NCBI GenBank assembly: GCA_051000515.1
Contig: JBPCOF010000344.1
Coordinates: 1-49,361, forward strand
Source: Geodermatophilaceae bacterium
GTDB taxonomy: Bacteria > Actinomycetota > Actinomycetes > Mycobacteriales > Geodermatophilaceae
DNA length: 49,361 nucleotides
Direction: 5' to 3'
Both the position numbers and the translations under genes were made by a program. Positions 1 to 9,140 of this stretch are shown piece by piece (within the stretch, counting starts at the first letter, position 1; each line of letters starts with the position of its first letter). Under the pieces are notes generated by a model that worked only from the letters and a program-made list of their open reading frames with translations, was not told where the DNA came from and made no database searches.

Positions 1-1
1 C

Positions 2-784
2 GTCGCTCTTGGCGGTGACGGCACGATCAACGAGGTGGTCAACGGCCTGCTCTCGGCCGGCCCGGGGCCCGATGTCCCGATGTTAGCCGCAGTTCCTGGC
101 GGATCGACCAACGTGTTCACCCGCGCCTTGGGCATGTCCCGCGATCCGATCGAGGCCACTGCCGAGATCCTCGACCTGCTACGGGCCGATCAGTCCCGGA
201 CAGTCTCGCTGGGCAGGGCCGACGAGCGGTGGTTCACCTTCACCAGTGGCCTGGGCTTCGATGCCGACGTCATCGCTGCGGTCGAGCTCCGCCGCGCCGC
301 CGGACGGCGCGCCTCCCCCGGGCTGTACATCAGCGCGGCGGTCAGGGAGTTCACGACCGGACGGGGACGGCGGCATCCGCACCTGACCGTGGAGGTGCCT
401 GGTCATCAGCCGATGCCGAGGGTCTTCCTCTGTCTGGTCAGCAACGTCAACCCTTGGACCTACGTGGGGTCCTGGCCGGTCGCGCCCAACCCACAGGCCA
501 GCTTCGAGACCGGTTTGGACCTCTTCGCACTGCGCAAGGTCGGCGTCGCGCGCATGCTCGGGCACGTTCGACAGAGTCTGCACGGTGGCGCGGGGTCACG
601 TGGCCGCCGGGCGCTGACCTGCCACGACGTCGCGTGGATCCGGCTGCGCGCGCAGGCTCCGCTGCACTGGCAGGTCGACGGTGACTGGGCCGGGCAGCGC
701 CAGGAATTGATCCTGCGCAGCGTCCCCGACGCGCTACGAGTTGTGGCTCCCCCGGTGCGTTCCGGGCTGGAAACCAAGCGCTGA
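2..784 (+). CDS. Diacylglycerol/lipid kinase family protein (5' end cut by window edge)
   Basis: The frame of ORF 35..784 stays open back to nt 2 and reads VALGGDGTINEVVNG, the GGDGT catalytic motif of DAGK-type lipid kinases. A lipid kinase sits next to whiB1 in mycobacteria (from memory). Confidence 0.8.
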   Translation, partial: VALGGDGTINEVVNGLLSAGPGPDVPMLAAVPGGSTNVFTRALGMSRDPIEATAEILDLLRADQSRTVSLGRADERWFTFTSGLGFDADVIAAVELRRAAGRRASPGLYISAAVREFTTGRGRRHPHLTVEVPGHQPMPRVFLCLVSNVNPWTYVGSWPVAPNPQASFETGLDLFALRKVGVARMLGHVRQSLHGGAGSRGRRALTCHDVAWIRLRAQAPLHWQVDGDWAGQRQELILRSVPDALRVVAPPVRSGLETKR

Positions 785-811
785 TCTGCCGCGAGGGACG
801 CTCGTCTCCCC

Positions 812-827
812 GGTGAGGTTGCTCACC
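812..827. promoter_or_regulatory. CRP/FNR-type palindrome GGTGAGGTTGCTCACC (GTGA-N6-TCAC); alternatively the terminator hairpin of the lipid kinase gene
   Basis: Perfect inverted repeat read directly from the sequence, 28 nt after the upstream stop codon and 217 nt before the whiB1 ATG. Confidence 0.35.
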
Positions 828-871
828 GAATTGCGATCGGCGGCGGGTAAGCCCTTGACATCGCGCTCACT

Positions 872-887
872 CGTGAAAGCATTCACA
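872..887. promoter_or_regulatory. CRP/FNR-type site CGTGAAAGCATTCACA (consensus TGTGA-N6-TCACA)
   Basis: Matches GTGA-N6-TCACA. It is centred 60 bp from the first palindrome, in the lower-GC whiB1 upstream region next to a TTGACA hexamer at 855-860. Confidence 0.4.
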
Positions 888-1043
888 AAGAGCGAGCGCG
901 TTTGTGGGCTGGTACGGGCGGTTATCGGTTGACTGACACCGAGCCGTGCCGGACCGTTCCACAGTGCGAAACGTTGACATCTCGAGACCGTGTTCATCGA
1001 CAGTGTTCCATTCCGTTCGTCCAGCCGAAAGTGAGAGTTTCCG

Positions 1044-1295
1044 ATGGATTGGCGCCACCGCGCCCTGTGCCGCGACGAGGATCCCGAACTGTTTTTCCCG
1101 ATTGGGACGACCGGTCCGGCGCTGCTCCAGGTCGAGCAGGCCAAGGCAGTATGCCGTCGTTGCCCGGCCACCCGGGAGTGCTTGGACTGGGCGTTGGCCA
1201 CTGGCCAGGACTCCGGTGTCTGGGGCGGGCTGTCCGAGGACGAGCGCCGTGCGCTCAAGCGGCGCAGCGCCCGTCCTCGCGCGCACACCGCCTGA
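1044..1295 (+). CDS. whiB1: WhiB-family [4Fe-4S] transcription factor, WhiB1 type
   Basis: The 83-aa product MDWRHRALCRDEDPELFFP...CRRCPATRECLDWAL...GVWGGLSEDERRALKRR has the four Cys, the GVWGG turn and a basic tail. It is near-collinear with M. tuberculosis WhiB1 as I recall it. It is convergent with pdtaS, as in mycobacteria. Confidence 0.9.
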   Translation: MDWRHRALCRDEDPELFFPIGTTGPALLQVEQAKAVCRRCPATRECLDWALATGQDSGVWGGLSEDERRALKRRSARPRAHTA

Positions 1296-1305
1296 GCTAC
1301 CCGGA

Positions 1306-2820
1306 TCAATTCGCCCGCGGCTGACCCTCGTGCAAGGGCACGCTCAAGACTGCCTCGGTTCCATGAGCGCCACGGTCATCCCGGCGGCGGCCCAGTCGAA
1401 TGGAACCGCGGATCTCCGATTCGACCAGGGTCCGCACGATCTGTAGGCCCAGCGAATCGCTGGCCTCCAACGAGAACCCCTGGGGTAGGCCGGAGCCGTC
1501 GTCGGTGATCCGGACAGTCAGCAGGCCGGGAGATCGCGCGGCGGTGATCACCACACTGCCTTCTTCCCGGTCGACATAGCCGTGTTCGACCGCGTTGTGC
1601 AGGAGTTCGGTCAGGACCATCACCAGTGGAGTCGCCAGTTCGGCCGACAGCTCACCGAGGTGCCCGTCCCGCTCAATGCGGATGCCGGGAGCCACACTGA
1701 CTTCGCTGATCATGGGGATGAGCGCGTCAAGGATCCCGTCGAGGTCGGCTGATCCGTCCCTAGAGGCAGCCAGAGTCTCGTGGACGAGCGCGATAGAGGA
1801 CACCCGCCGTACGGATTCGGCTAGCGCCGCACGCGCGGCGGGGTGATGCATGCGCCGGCCTTGGAGACGTAGCAGGGCAGCGACGGTCTGCAGGTTGTTC
1901 TTGACCCGGTGGTGGATTTCGCGGATCAGGACATCCTTGGACTGCAGGGCAAGGTCACGATGCCGGAGATCGGTCATGTCACGAAGCAGCACGACGCAGC
2001 CGTGCGAGGTGCCCCGGCGACTCAACGGGATGATCCGGTAGGCAGCGGTGACCAAGCCGGCCGACAGTTCGCCGGTGTGCGGGTTGGCCGCGGCCAGGGC
2101 AGCGCGCAGCCCACCGATTGCTGCCTCGGCGGAGGGATTCAGGTCACCATCTGCTCCGGCCGCGACCAGCGATCGACCGACCTCGGCCAGTTCTCGACCG
2201 ACCAGATCCGCGGTCAACCCCATCCGTCGGAACGCCGAGAGTCCGTTCGGACTCGCGTAGCGAACCACCCAGGCGGTGTCCAATCGGAGGAAGCCGTCGC
2301 CGACCCGCGGGCCCAAGGGGTCAGCATCCCCTCCCTCGGAGGCGGGGAAACTTCCTTCGGCCACCATGTGGAACAACTCCCCGGCGGCGTCGAGGTAGGC
2401 CAGTTCCATCTCAGACGGGGTGCGCGGAGATTGCAGGTTGGTGTCTCGCCCGAGGACGGCAATCACCCGGCCGGCACACCGAACCGCGATCCCCTCCGGG
2501 CGGATCGGAATCCCATTTCCCCACTCCGGATCCCGGTCCCGAACCATGCCGCCCGCAGCAAGGGTGCGATCCAACCAGCTCAGCTCTCCGGCCGCGACCC
2601 GACGACCGAGCTCGTGGATGGGATGCGAGGTCGGCGCCGTCGTCGGCCGCACGTGTCCCACGCATAGGAGGTCGCCGTCCCGGGTCCGGACCCACAGCAG
2701 CAGATCGGCGAAGGCTAGATCGGCCAGGATCTGCCAGTCCCCCACCAGCTGTTGCAGGTGTGCGGCGGCATCCGACCCCAGGTCGGTCTGCTCGCTGAGC
2801 AGGTCGGACAGCGCAGACAT
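1306..2820 (-). CDS. pdtaS: Cytoplasmic sensor histidine kinase, PdtaS type (GAF/PAS - HisKA_2 - HATPase)
   Basis: H-box HHRVKNNLQTVAALLRLQ and ATPase motifs LLHNAVEHG, DDGSGLP and SLGLQIV are present. There are no TM segments. Position beside whiB1 matches Rv3220c synteny (memory). Confidence 0.8.
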   Translation of the reverse strand: MSALSDLLSEQTDLGSDAAAHLQQLVGDWQILADLAFADLLLWVRTRDGDLLCVGHVRPTTAPTSHPIHELGRRVAAGELSWLDRTLAAGGMVRDRDPEWGNGIPIRPEGIAVRCAGRVIAVLGRDTNLQSPRTPSEMELAYLDAAGELFHMVAEGSFPASEGGDADPLGPRVGDGFLRLDTAWVVRYASPNGLSAFRRMGLTADLVGRELAEVGRSLVAAGADGDLNPSAEAAIGGLRAALAAANPHTGELSAGLVTAAYRIIPLSRRGTSHGCVVLLRDMTDLRHRDLALQSKDVLIREIHHRVKNNLQTVAALLRLQGRRMHHPAARAALAESVRRVSSIALVHETLAASRDGSADLDGILDALIPMISEVSVAPGIRIERDGHLGELSAELATPLVMVLTELLHNAVEHGYVDREEGSVVITAARSPGLLTVRITDDGSGLPQGFSLEASDSLGLQIVRTLVESEIRGSIRLGRRRDDRGAHGTEAVLSVPLHEGQPRAN

Positions 2821-2910
2821 GACCGGCCCGAGCCTAGGCGTCCTCGAGCGCCCGGGTGGAGCCGGACGGCACTGTGGATGAGCTAGCTGGCGCGCGTAGG
2901 TTCACCCGTC

Positions 2911-3408
2911 GTGGCTCCTACGACGATCCGCCCGGCCCGTGCAGATGAATTGGACGCGGTGGGCGCTCTCACCGCCGAGGTCTATCGCGCGGAACAACTG
3001 GCTCCCGAGAAGTACTCGGTGAGCTTGGCCGATGCGAGAGGCCGGGCTCTGCATACCGAGATTCTGGTAGCCGTCGATGGTCAGGATCAGCTGATGGGCG
3101 CGGTCGCGCTGGTGCTCAACGGCGGGCCGTACGCCGAACTCGCGGAGTCCGAGGACGAGGCCGAGTTTCGGATGCTGGCGGTGTCGGCTCGGTCACGTGG
3201 TAAGGGTGTCGGCACGGCCCTGATCGAGGAATGCTTGGTACGCGCTCGGGAGGCCGGCAAGCGCCGGATGGTGATCTCGACCGGCGACAACATGCAGGCC
3301 GCCCATCGGCGGTACGAGGCGCTGGGTTTCCTCCGAACACCGGAGCGGGACTGGTCTCCCCTACCCGGCGTGCGGCTGCTCGGCTATGCGCTCGCACTCG
3401 CTGGCTAG
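2911..3408 (+). CDS. GNAT family N-acetyltransferase
   Basis: Acetyl-CoA motif A RSRGKGVGTALIEECLVRA and C-terminal YEALGF are typical of GNAT. Confidence 0.75.
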   Translation: MAPTTIRPARADELDAVGALTAEVYRAEQLAPEKYSVSLADARGRALHTEILVAVDGQDQLMGAVALVLNGGPYAELAESEDEAEFRMLAVSARSRGKGVGTALIEECLVRAREAGKRRMVISTGDNMQAAHRRYEALGFLRTPERDWSPLPGVRLLGYALALAG

Positions 3409-3647
3409 CTCACGGACGAGGTGCTGTCGATCACGGCGATCAGGTCACCCTCCTGGATGACCTCGCCCTCGTGTACCGCGATCTCGGTGATCACTCCGCC
3501 GGCTTCGCAGACGACGGGGATCTCCATCTTCATGGACTCCAGAATGACCACTGTGTCGCCGGGTCCGACCTGGTCTCCCACCGCGACCATGATCTTCCAG
3601 ACATTGGACACCATCTCGGCCTGGATCTGCTCCGCCACGGGGTTCAT
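3405..3647 (-). CDS. Free-standing biotinyl/lipoyl carrier domain protein (TB7.3-like)
   Basis: The 80-aa product from ATG 3645-3647 carries the biotinylation motif ILESMKME (E-x-M-K-M). The upstream part of ORF 3405..3887 is Arg/Pro-rich and non-coding-like. Confidence 0.8.
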   Translation of the reverse strand: MNPVAEQIQAEMVSNVWKIMVAVGDQVGPGDTVVILESMKMEIPVVCEAGGVITEIAVHEGEVIQEGDLIAVIDSTSSVS

Positions 3648-3657
3648 CCAAGCACGG

Positions 3658-4710
3658 TCAGGCAGAACCGTCGTGCATTCGCGCAGCGATGTCCTCGGCC
3701 CGGGCTCGGAGCTGGTCGAGATCGGCAGGGAGGCCAGCGATGCGGACCGCTGCGGTGGCTGCGAGAAAGCCGGCCACCGCCGCGGCCAGGTCATCGCCGC
3801 GCACGGCAAGGATGCCCAGAACCGGGTCGTAGCACGGCGACAGCGAATCGCCGGTGGCATACCCCGGTTCCCATCGCACGTCCACACCGTCCGGCCCGGT
3901 CAGCTCATTGATCGAAGCCCGCTGGCCCGCACCCGGTATGGCAGTGGCACGCACGACTGCGCCTACCGCGGCCGGCGCACCAGGGGACCCGGCCGGTGGT
4001 GAGCTCCCTTCGGCAAGCGCGAGAGCCGAGTGGACCAGATCGCGTCCCGCGCGCAGTTCGACGAGTCCGAGTTCGGCGGGCAGACCACCCCGAACTGCCA
4101 CCGGAGCGCCATCCGGACCGAAGGCGATCGACACCAGGCCGCGCCAACCCAGTTCCACGGCCAGGTCCGACAGCGTGGCCAGGATCTTCGCCGCTGGCGG
4201 GAGTCCGTCGACGGCCAACGAGCCCGGCTCCTCGGCACTGGTCCAGCCCAGGGCGGCGCCACCGGCACGGGTCCGCCGGACCACGAGGCCGTCGATCCTG
4301 AATCCGTCGGCCAGGCCGATCACCCAACCGGGCGACTCATCGGGCACCGCAGCGCCCCAACCTGATTGCTGAGCAGCCGCCAGCGAATCGGGGTCTGCCC
4401 CGATCCAGAGCAGTCCGGCTTCGCGGGCGCGACGCGCCAGCTCAGCCGATCCGGCCAGAACGGCGTGGACGGGCAACAATGCCTGGGCGCCACTGACCTG
4501 AGCCGCCTCGACGAGAGCAGCCAGATCCAGGTAGGAAGCCTCCGGGGCGCCCGCGCCGATGAGGACCGATTCGTCGGCCACGCGGACATGCCGGGCGTTG
4601 GTGTCGACGTCGGAATGCACCGAGACCGCCTTCGACCCCGAGTGCTGGCATGATCTGATCGCCCTGGTGGCCATCGGGCCGCGGCCAGCGACCAGCACCA
4701 CCTCAGGCAT
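3658..4710 (-). CDS. Biotin carboxylase-like protein, apparently catalytically degenerate
   Basis: N-terminus VVLVAGRGPMATRAIRSCQHSGSKAVSVHSD...HVRVADESVLIG aligns by eye with the biotin-carboxylase N domain. The glycine-rich loop reads RAGGAALGW instead of ASAGGGGRGM. The EMNTR-QVEH region reads RGGLPAELG. The protein is 350 aa versus about 450 aa for canonical enzymes. Confidence 0.6.
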   Translation of the reverse strand: MPEVVLVAGRGPMATRAIRSCQHSGSKAVSVHSDVDTNARHVRVADESVLIGAGAPEASYLDLAALVEAAQVSGAQALLPVHAVLAGSAELARRAREAGLLWIGADPDSLAAAQQSGWGAAVPDESPGWVIGLADGFRIDGLVVRRTRAGGAALGWTSAEEPGSLAVDGLPPAAKILATLSDLAVELGWRGLVSIAFGPDGAPVAVRGGLPAELGLVELRAGRDLVHSALALAEGSSPPAGSPGAPAAVGAVVRATAIPGAGQRASINELTGPDGVDVRWEPGYATGDSLSPCYDPVLGILAVRGDDLAAAVAGFLAATAAVRIAGLPADLDQLRARAEDIAARMHDGSA

Positions 4711-4736
4711 GGATCAACTCGGATCGGTGGAGGTGC

Positions 4737-5006
4737 TCACCGGCTGTCGGCTTCCACCACAACGGTTCTCAGGTGCAGCAGGACCCGTTCCTTGAGCCCG
4801 TCCGGAGCCCGGTCGCCGCCGCACTTGCGAGCCACCAGTTCCTTTACTTGAGCCTCGATTCCGAATTGCTGCAGGCATGGCCCGCATTCCTCGAGGTGCT
4901 CGGCGATCAGGTGCCTTCGTGGCTCGTCACACTCGGAATCGAGGAACAGAAAGACCTCGGCGAGCACTTCCGAGCACGGCAGATCATGGTGGTCGCCGCA
5001 GCTCAT
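4737..5006 (-). CDS. rshA: Zinc-binding anti-sigma factor (ZAS), RshA/RsrA type
   Basis: ZAS motif HLEECGPC (H-x3-C-x2-C) plus an N-terminal Cys (LPCSEV). The start overlaps the sigH stop (ATGA at 5003-5006). Confidence 0.9.
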   Translation of the reverse strand: MSCGDHHDLPCSEVLAEVFLFLDSECDEPRRHLIAEHLEECGPCLQQFGIEAQVKELVARKCGGDRAPDGLKERVLLHLRTVVVEADSR

Positions 5007-5599
5007 GCCTGCTCACCCCCCGTACCGGCGCGCACCATGCCTCGGTCGGCAGCATAGGAAGCCAGCATCCTTTGCAGGCCACGGCGGCCGCGGTGCAAGC
5101 GGGACATGACGGTACCGATCGGTGTTTCCATGATCTCGGCGATCTCCTTGTAGGAGAAACCCTCGACGTCGGCGAGATAGACAGCGAGGCGGAAGTCCTC
5201 CGGTAGCGCCTGCAGGGCCTCTTTCACGTCGCTGTCAGGAAGGCGGTCCAGGGCTTCCATCTCGGCCGAGCGCAGGCCGGTGGAGGTGTGTTGTTCGGCG
5301 GCAAAGAGCTGCCAGTCCTCGACCTGCTCGACGGAATTCTGTTGCGGCTGTCGTTGCTTCTTGCGGTAGGTGTTGATGTAGGCGTTGGTCAGGATCCGGT
5401 AGAGCCAGGCTTTGAGATTCGTACCCTCCGAGAACTGATGGAAGGCCCCGTACGCCTTGGTGAAGGTCTCCTGGACGAGGTCTTCGGCATCGGCGGGGTT
5501 ACGGGTCATCCGCAGCGCAGCGGGATAGAGCTGGTCGAGGAAAGGCAAAGCATCCCGCTCGAACCGAGCGTCGCGTTCTGCACGGGTTTCCTCAGCCAC
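5003..5599 (-). CDS. sigH: ECF sigma factor SigH/SigR
   Basis: Region 2 ([26 protein letters not shown]) and region 4 ([23 protein letters not shown]) are present. I chose the GTG at 5597-5599 because GGGAGAGGA lies 6-8 nt upstream. The ORF itself stays open to 5731. Confidence 0.9.
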   Translation of the reverse strand: MAEETRAERDARFERDALPFLDQLYPAALRMTRNPADAEDLVQETFTKAYGAFHQFSEGTNLKAWLYRILTNAYINTYRKKQRQPQQNSVEQVEDWQLFAAEQHTSTGLRSAEMEALDRLPDSDVKEALQALPEDFRLAVYLADVEGFSYKEIAEIMETPIGTVMSRLHRGRRGLQRMLASYAADRGMVRAGTGGEQA

Positions 5600-5740
5600 C
5601 AACGATCCTCTCCCGGACGCGCCTGCGGGCGGAAAGCCCCGGCGCGATGAGGATACGCGGCCACCCGGAGCACGGCCGGGCGGCCGATCCGCGTCGCGGC
5701 GGCTGGTACGGGCACTTCTGAGACCGTTCACACTTGCAGC

Positions 5741-5766
5741 AACACCGCCGACCGCGCAGTGATTCC
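5741..5766 (-). promoter_or_regulatory. SigH/SigR-type autoregulatory promoter GGAAT-N18-GTT
   Basis: Minus strand reads GGAATCACTGCGCGGTCGGCGGTGTT. GGAAT is at 5766-5762, GTT at 5743-5741, and the spacer is exactly 18 nt. It overlaps the stop codon of the PucR-like gene. Confidence 0.65.
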
Positions 5767-7157
5767 TAGGTGCTGGAGACCTGCCCCACGTGCGAGGCCA
5801 CGATCGTCAACGCCACCTGAGCCAGCAGCCGGTCGTCGGCATCGGTGAGATCCAACCCGGTGATCTTCTCGATCCGCTGCGCCCGGTAGGCCACGGTGTT
5901 CGGATGCACCCGCAGCGCACGCGCGGTCTGCTTGGGGCTGCTCTGGTTGCGGAGGTAGACCGACAAGGTCGTGATCAACTCGCCACCGTGGGCGGCGTCG
6001 TAGGTGATCAGCGCTCCGAGGACCTCGTCGGCGAAGCGCCACAGATCTCCCATGTCGGCGATCCGCAGGAGCAGACGGTAGATCCCCAACTCGCGGTAGT
6101 CGATCAGCTGGCCGGCCCGGCCCAGGCGCAATCCGAGCTCGACTGCTTGTTCGGCCTGCCCAAAGCCCAGCGGTGCCAATTCGGCGCGGTCGAGCGGCTC
6201 GCTCAGGCCGCAGGTCCAGGTCGAGTCGAGGGACAGGTCCTGCCAGATCGCACGCCAACCCGGCGCGGAGTTGACTGTGCCGGGTTCAGTGGCCGACGCG
6301 CTGCCCACACGGAGCTCTGGGACGATCGCGACCACACCGAAGTCCCGCACCGTCGCCTTGGCTCCGGGCGGTTGCGCGTCAAGGCAGGCCATGATCGCAT
6401 CGACATCATGGTCACCTGTGCCGAGGGGCGGTGCCCCGTGCCGCCGTACGACACAGATCCGGTAGCCCGCCGAGTCGGCCAGGCCCAGGGACTTAGCCTT
6501 CTCCCGCGCATCCTCGGCATCGAGGAAATGCCCTGAGACCAGCGCGTCCACGATTGTGCGCAGGTAGCGCAGCCCGAGCTCGGTGCTGGTGCGCTCATGG
6601 GCCAAGGTGAGGGCGAAGAGGGTCGCAGCGTAGGTGGCAGTCAGCAGATCCACGTCGTCGGGTTGGGAGTCCCCATCCTCCTCGAGTACGAGCAGGTAGC
6701 CGAGGGTGTCTTCGCCGATGACGATCGGCGTCACCAGGCAGCCGAGCGCCAACGACGACCCAGGAACCGATGGAACCCGCAGAGGACGCCGCTGGGCACG
6801 CAGGGCGGTGCGCAATCGATCCACGCTCGGATCACCGCGATCCCACTTCAGATCTGTGAACTCCCCGTCTCCCCCCGACTGAGCCCGAGATCGAAACGCG
6901 GGATCCAGCAACACGATCCGCTTTCCGACCAGATCGGCGAATACCCGAGTCAGCTCGTCGGGGTCCACGCCCCTAAGAGCGGTGTCGGCAAGCTGGTCAC
7001 AGACAGCGATGGTGCGCCGGTAGACTGAGTTCTGCCGGGACAGCCCGGTCAGCACTTCGGCGAGTTCGGCGTTGGGTGCCGGTGACTCCTGTGCAGGACG
7101 CGCTAGCCGCATCGGTCGCGATCGCGGCCGGGCCTCCGTCACCGTCGAACCGCGCAC
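5766..7157 (-). CDS. PucR/CdaR family transcriptional regulator
   Basis: C-terminal PucR HTH ([31 protein letters not shown]) follows a GGDEF-like/GAF-like middle region. The start is uncertain (7157 or ATG at 7112). With 7157 it overlaps the upstream stop by 19 nt. Confidence 0.75.
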   Translation of the reverse strand: MRGSTVTEARPRSRPMRLARPAQESPAPNAELAEVLTGLSRQNSVYRRTIAVCDQLADTALRGVDPDELTRVFADLVGKRIVLLDPAFRSRAQSGGDGEFTDLKWDRGDPSVDRLRTALRAQRRPLRVPSVPGSSLALGCLVTPIVIGEDTLGYLLVLEEDGDSQPDDVDLLTATYAATLFALTLAHERTSTELGLRYLRTIVDALVSGHFLDAEDAREKAKSLGLADSAGYRICVVRRHGAPPLGTGDHDVDAIMACLDAQPPGAKATVRDFGVVAIVPELRVGSASATEPGTVNSAPGWRAIWQDLSLDSTWTCGLSEPLDRAELAPLGFGQAEQAVELGLRLGRAGQLIDYRELGIYRLLLRIADMGDLWRFADEVLGALITYDAAHGGELITTLSVYLRNQSSPKQTARALRVHPNTVAYRAQRIEKITGLDLTDADDRLLAQVALTIVASHVGQVSST

Positions 7158-9004
7158 TCGGTGAGCCGGCTCAGCAGATCGACGGCTGGTCGCTGGGATG
7201 CTCGCGGCACGTGGACGAGGACCCCGGAGACCAACCCGTGGAGCTTCTCGATGACCTCCACCGATGCCTCGACGGCGTCGGCCGGCTGTCCCCCCACTCG
7301 AGGCAGCCCGCCGACCGCGGTCGAGAGTACGGACATCTCGGGGACCTCGTTGCGCAGCCGCTCCATGGCCCGGAGGCTCTCGAACGGCGCAATCGAGGCG
7401 ATCACAGGAATGTCGATGCCGCGGGCGGGCAGAGCAGCCAGCAGCAGGATCGCCTCGTCGGCGTCGTAGATGGCGTCGGTGATCAGGAAGTGCGCACCGG
7501 CCTGAGCCTTGGCCTCCGCGCGCTCGACCTCCCGATTCAGATCGGCCGCTGCGGTGCTGATCGAGGCACCAATCACGAATTGGGTGCGCTCACGGGTCGC
7601 GACACCACGCCAGTCCTGGCCCTCGTTGAGCCCTCGCAGGGCGGCGATCAACCGGACCGAATCGACATCCCACGGTTGAGCCGCCTCGGGATAGTCGCCG
7701 GCAACTCTAGGAGACCCGGTGCGGCAGACCACGATTCGCAGGCCGAGTGCGTGGGCGCCGAGCAGGTCGGCCTGGAGCGCCGGCAATGTCCGGTCAGCCG
7801 TCTCGGCTGGTAGAAGCACCTCTGCCTCGACCCGCTCGTGCAGCACGACAGCGGCCGCGACTGGCCCGACCCGAGTCGCGGGCGGCGCCGGCTCGGTGAT
7901 CGCGAGTACGTCCGCGCCGGCTGCCATCAACTCGCGGGCCTGATCGACGAAGTCACCCACATGCGGCCCCTGAGGGGCGGCAAGGCCGGCGATGATCACG
8001 AATCCCGCCTCCCGTGGCCAAGCCGGCGGGTCCGGTGCGTGCTCGGGCGCCAACGGCACCGTACGTACCCGCTGCCGGTCCATCGGCGTCCTGCGTCGGG
8101 CCCGGGGGGCGGGTACGAGTCCGGCGACCGCCTTTGCCACGGCTCGGGTATGTGCCGGCGTCGTGCCACAGCAGCCACCGACGATCGTTGCCCCGTTTCC
8201 GACGAACTCAGCTGCCGCTGCAGCGAAGTAGGCGGTGTTGTGTACGTAGCGCACCTGCCGGCCCAGGCGTTGCGGCGTGCCAGCATTGGGCTGCACGACA
8301 ATTGGCAGCTCTGCCGATGCGGCAAGCTCGGCGATCACGTCCTGTAGGGCAGCCGGCCCGACCGTGCAGTTTGCACCGATGGCCGCGAGGTCCGAACGGT
8401 CCAGGGCGCCGACGACGGCGGCCGGGTCCTCTCCACGCAGGGTTCGCCCGTCGTCGCCGAAGGTCATCTGGGCGATGATGGGGAGGTCGGACTCCGCCAA
8501 GGCCACTTCGACTGCCTGGACGAGGGAGTCGAGATCACCGAAGGTTTCCAGCATAAGCAGGTCGACCCAGTCGACCAGGCCCGCTATCTGTTCCCGAAGT
8601 ACTTCGGCACGCATCTGCCGCGGAACCCGGTTGACAGCGGTCGCGCTGTTGGCCGGACCCACCGAGCCGGCGACAAGGACCCTACGGTCGCTGTCCCTGG
8701 CCGCCTCCCGGGCCAGCCGGGCGCCGGCGATGTTGAGTTCGACGACACTGTCCTCCAGACCTACCCGGGTCAGACGAAGCCGGTTGGCGTCGAAGGTGTT
8801 GGTCTGAATGATGTCCGCACCGGCGGAGACGTACGCGGCATGCAGGTCGCGGACCAGCCGAGGCTGGGTGATGTTCAGTTCGCACAACGATCGATCCAGC
8901 GGGACGCCAGTGGCGTGCAGCATCGTCCCCATCGCACCGTCACAGACCACGATCTGCTCGGCGAAACGGCGGCGCAGCCCAGAGCGCGAGTCGTCCAAGA
9001 GCAT
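7139..9004 (-). CDS. Bifunctional homocysteine S-methyltransferase / methylenetetrahydrofolate reductase (YitJ-like)
   Basis: N-terminal Hcy-MT domain has VVCDGAMGTML and the zinc motif GGCCGTTPAH. The C-terminal half is MTHFR-like (LGLRIVVCRTG, FLITDAIYD). The start is taken at ATG 9002-9004. Confidence 0.8.
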   Translation of the reverse strand: MLLDDSRSGLRRRFAEQIVVCDGAMGTMLHATGVPLDRSLCELNITQPRLVRDLHAAYVSAGADIIQTNTFDANRLRLTRVGLEDSVVELNIAGARLAREAARDSDRRVLVAGSVGPANSATAVNRVPRQMRAEVLREQIAGLVDWVDLLMLETFGDLDSLVQAVEVALAESDLPIIAQMTFGDDGRTLRGEDPAAVVGALDRSDLAAIGANCTVGPAALQDVIAELAASAELPIVVQPNAGTPQRLGRQVRYVHNTAYFAAAAAEFVGNGATIVGGCCGTTPAHTRAVAKAVAGLVPAPRARRRTPMDRQRVRTVPLAPEHAPDPPAWPREAGFVIIAGLAAPQGPHVGDFVDQARELMAAGADVLAITEPAPPATRVGPVAAAVVLHERVEAEVLLPAETADRTLPALQADLLGAHALGLRIVVCRTGSPRVAGDYPEAAQPWDVDSVRLIAALRGLNEGQDWRGVATRERTQFVIGASISTAAADLNREVERAEAKAQAGAHFLITDAIYDADEAILLLAALPARGIDIPVIASIAPFESLRAMERLRNEVPEMSVLSTAVGGLPRVGGQPADAVEASVEVIEKLHGLVSGVLVHVPRASQRPAVDLLSRLTECAVRR

Positions 9005-9140
9005 CTTCACCCCCAGAACAGCTGAATCACCTCGAAGCACGAGCTTAAGCCGCCCGGAGCCGTTGCCCCCCTGTTACCGCGAGGCTACGCTCCGATTTCC
9101 GAGTTGAGACAGACCGGTCTACATAAGGAGTGCGCTACAA

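Noticed and set aside
5600-5731. The full 242-aa sigH ORF start at 5731 as the primary start
   Set aside because: No SD precedes it, the start codon is GTG, and the extension is low-complexity. The GTG at 5599 has a strong SD and gives a canonical ECF length. I kept the longer form only as an isoform hypothesis.
9005-9140. Possible SAM riboswitch (S-box / SAM-IV / SAM-VI) upstream of the YitJ-like gene, by analogy with B. subtilis yitJ
   Set aside because: Only 136 nt are shared by two divergent genes. I see a GGCAAC and a CGGAGC...GCTCCG stem. I do not see the GGTCATGAG...GGTGA-GACC frame of SAM-IV or the SAM-I four-way junction core. This needs cmscan and cannot be supported by eye.
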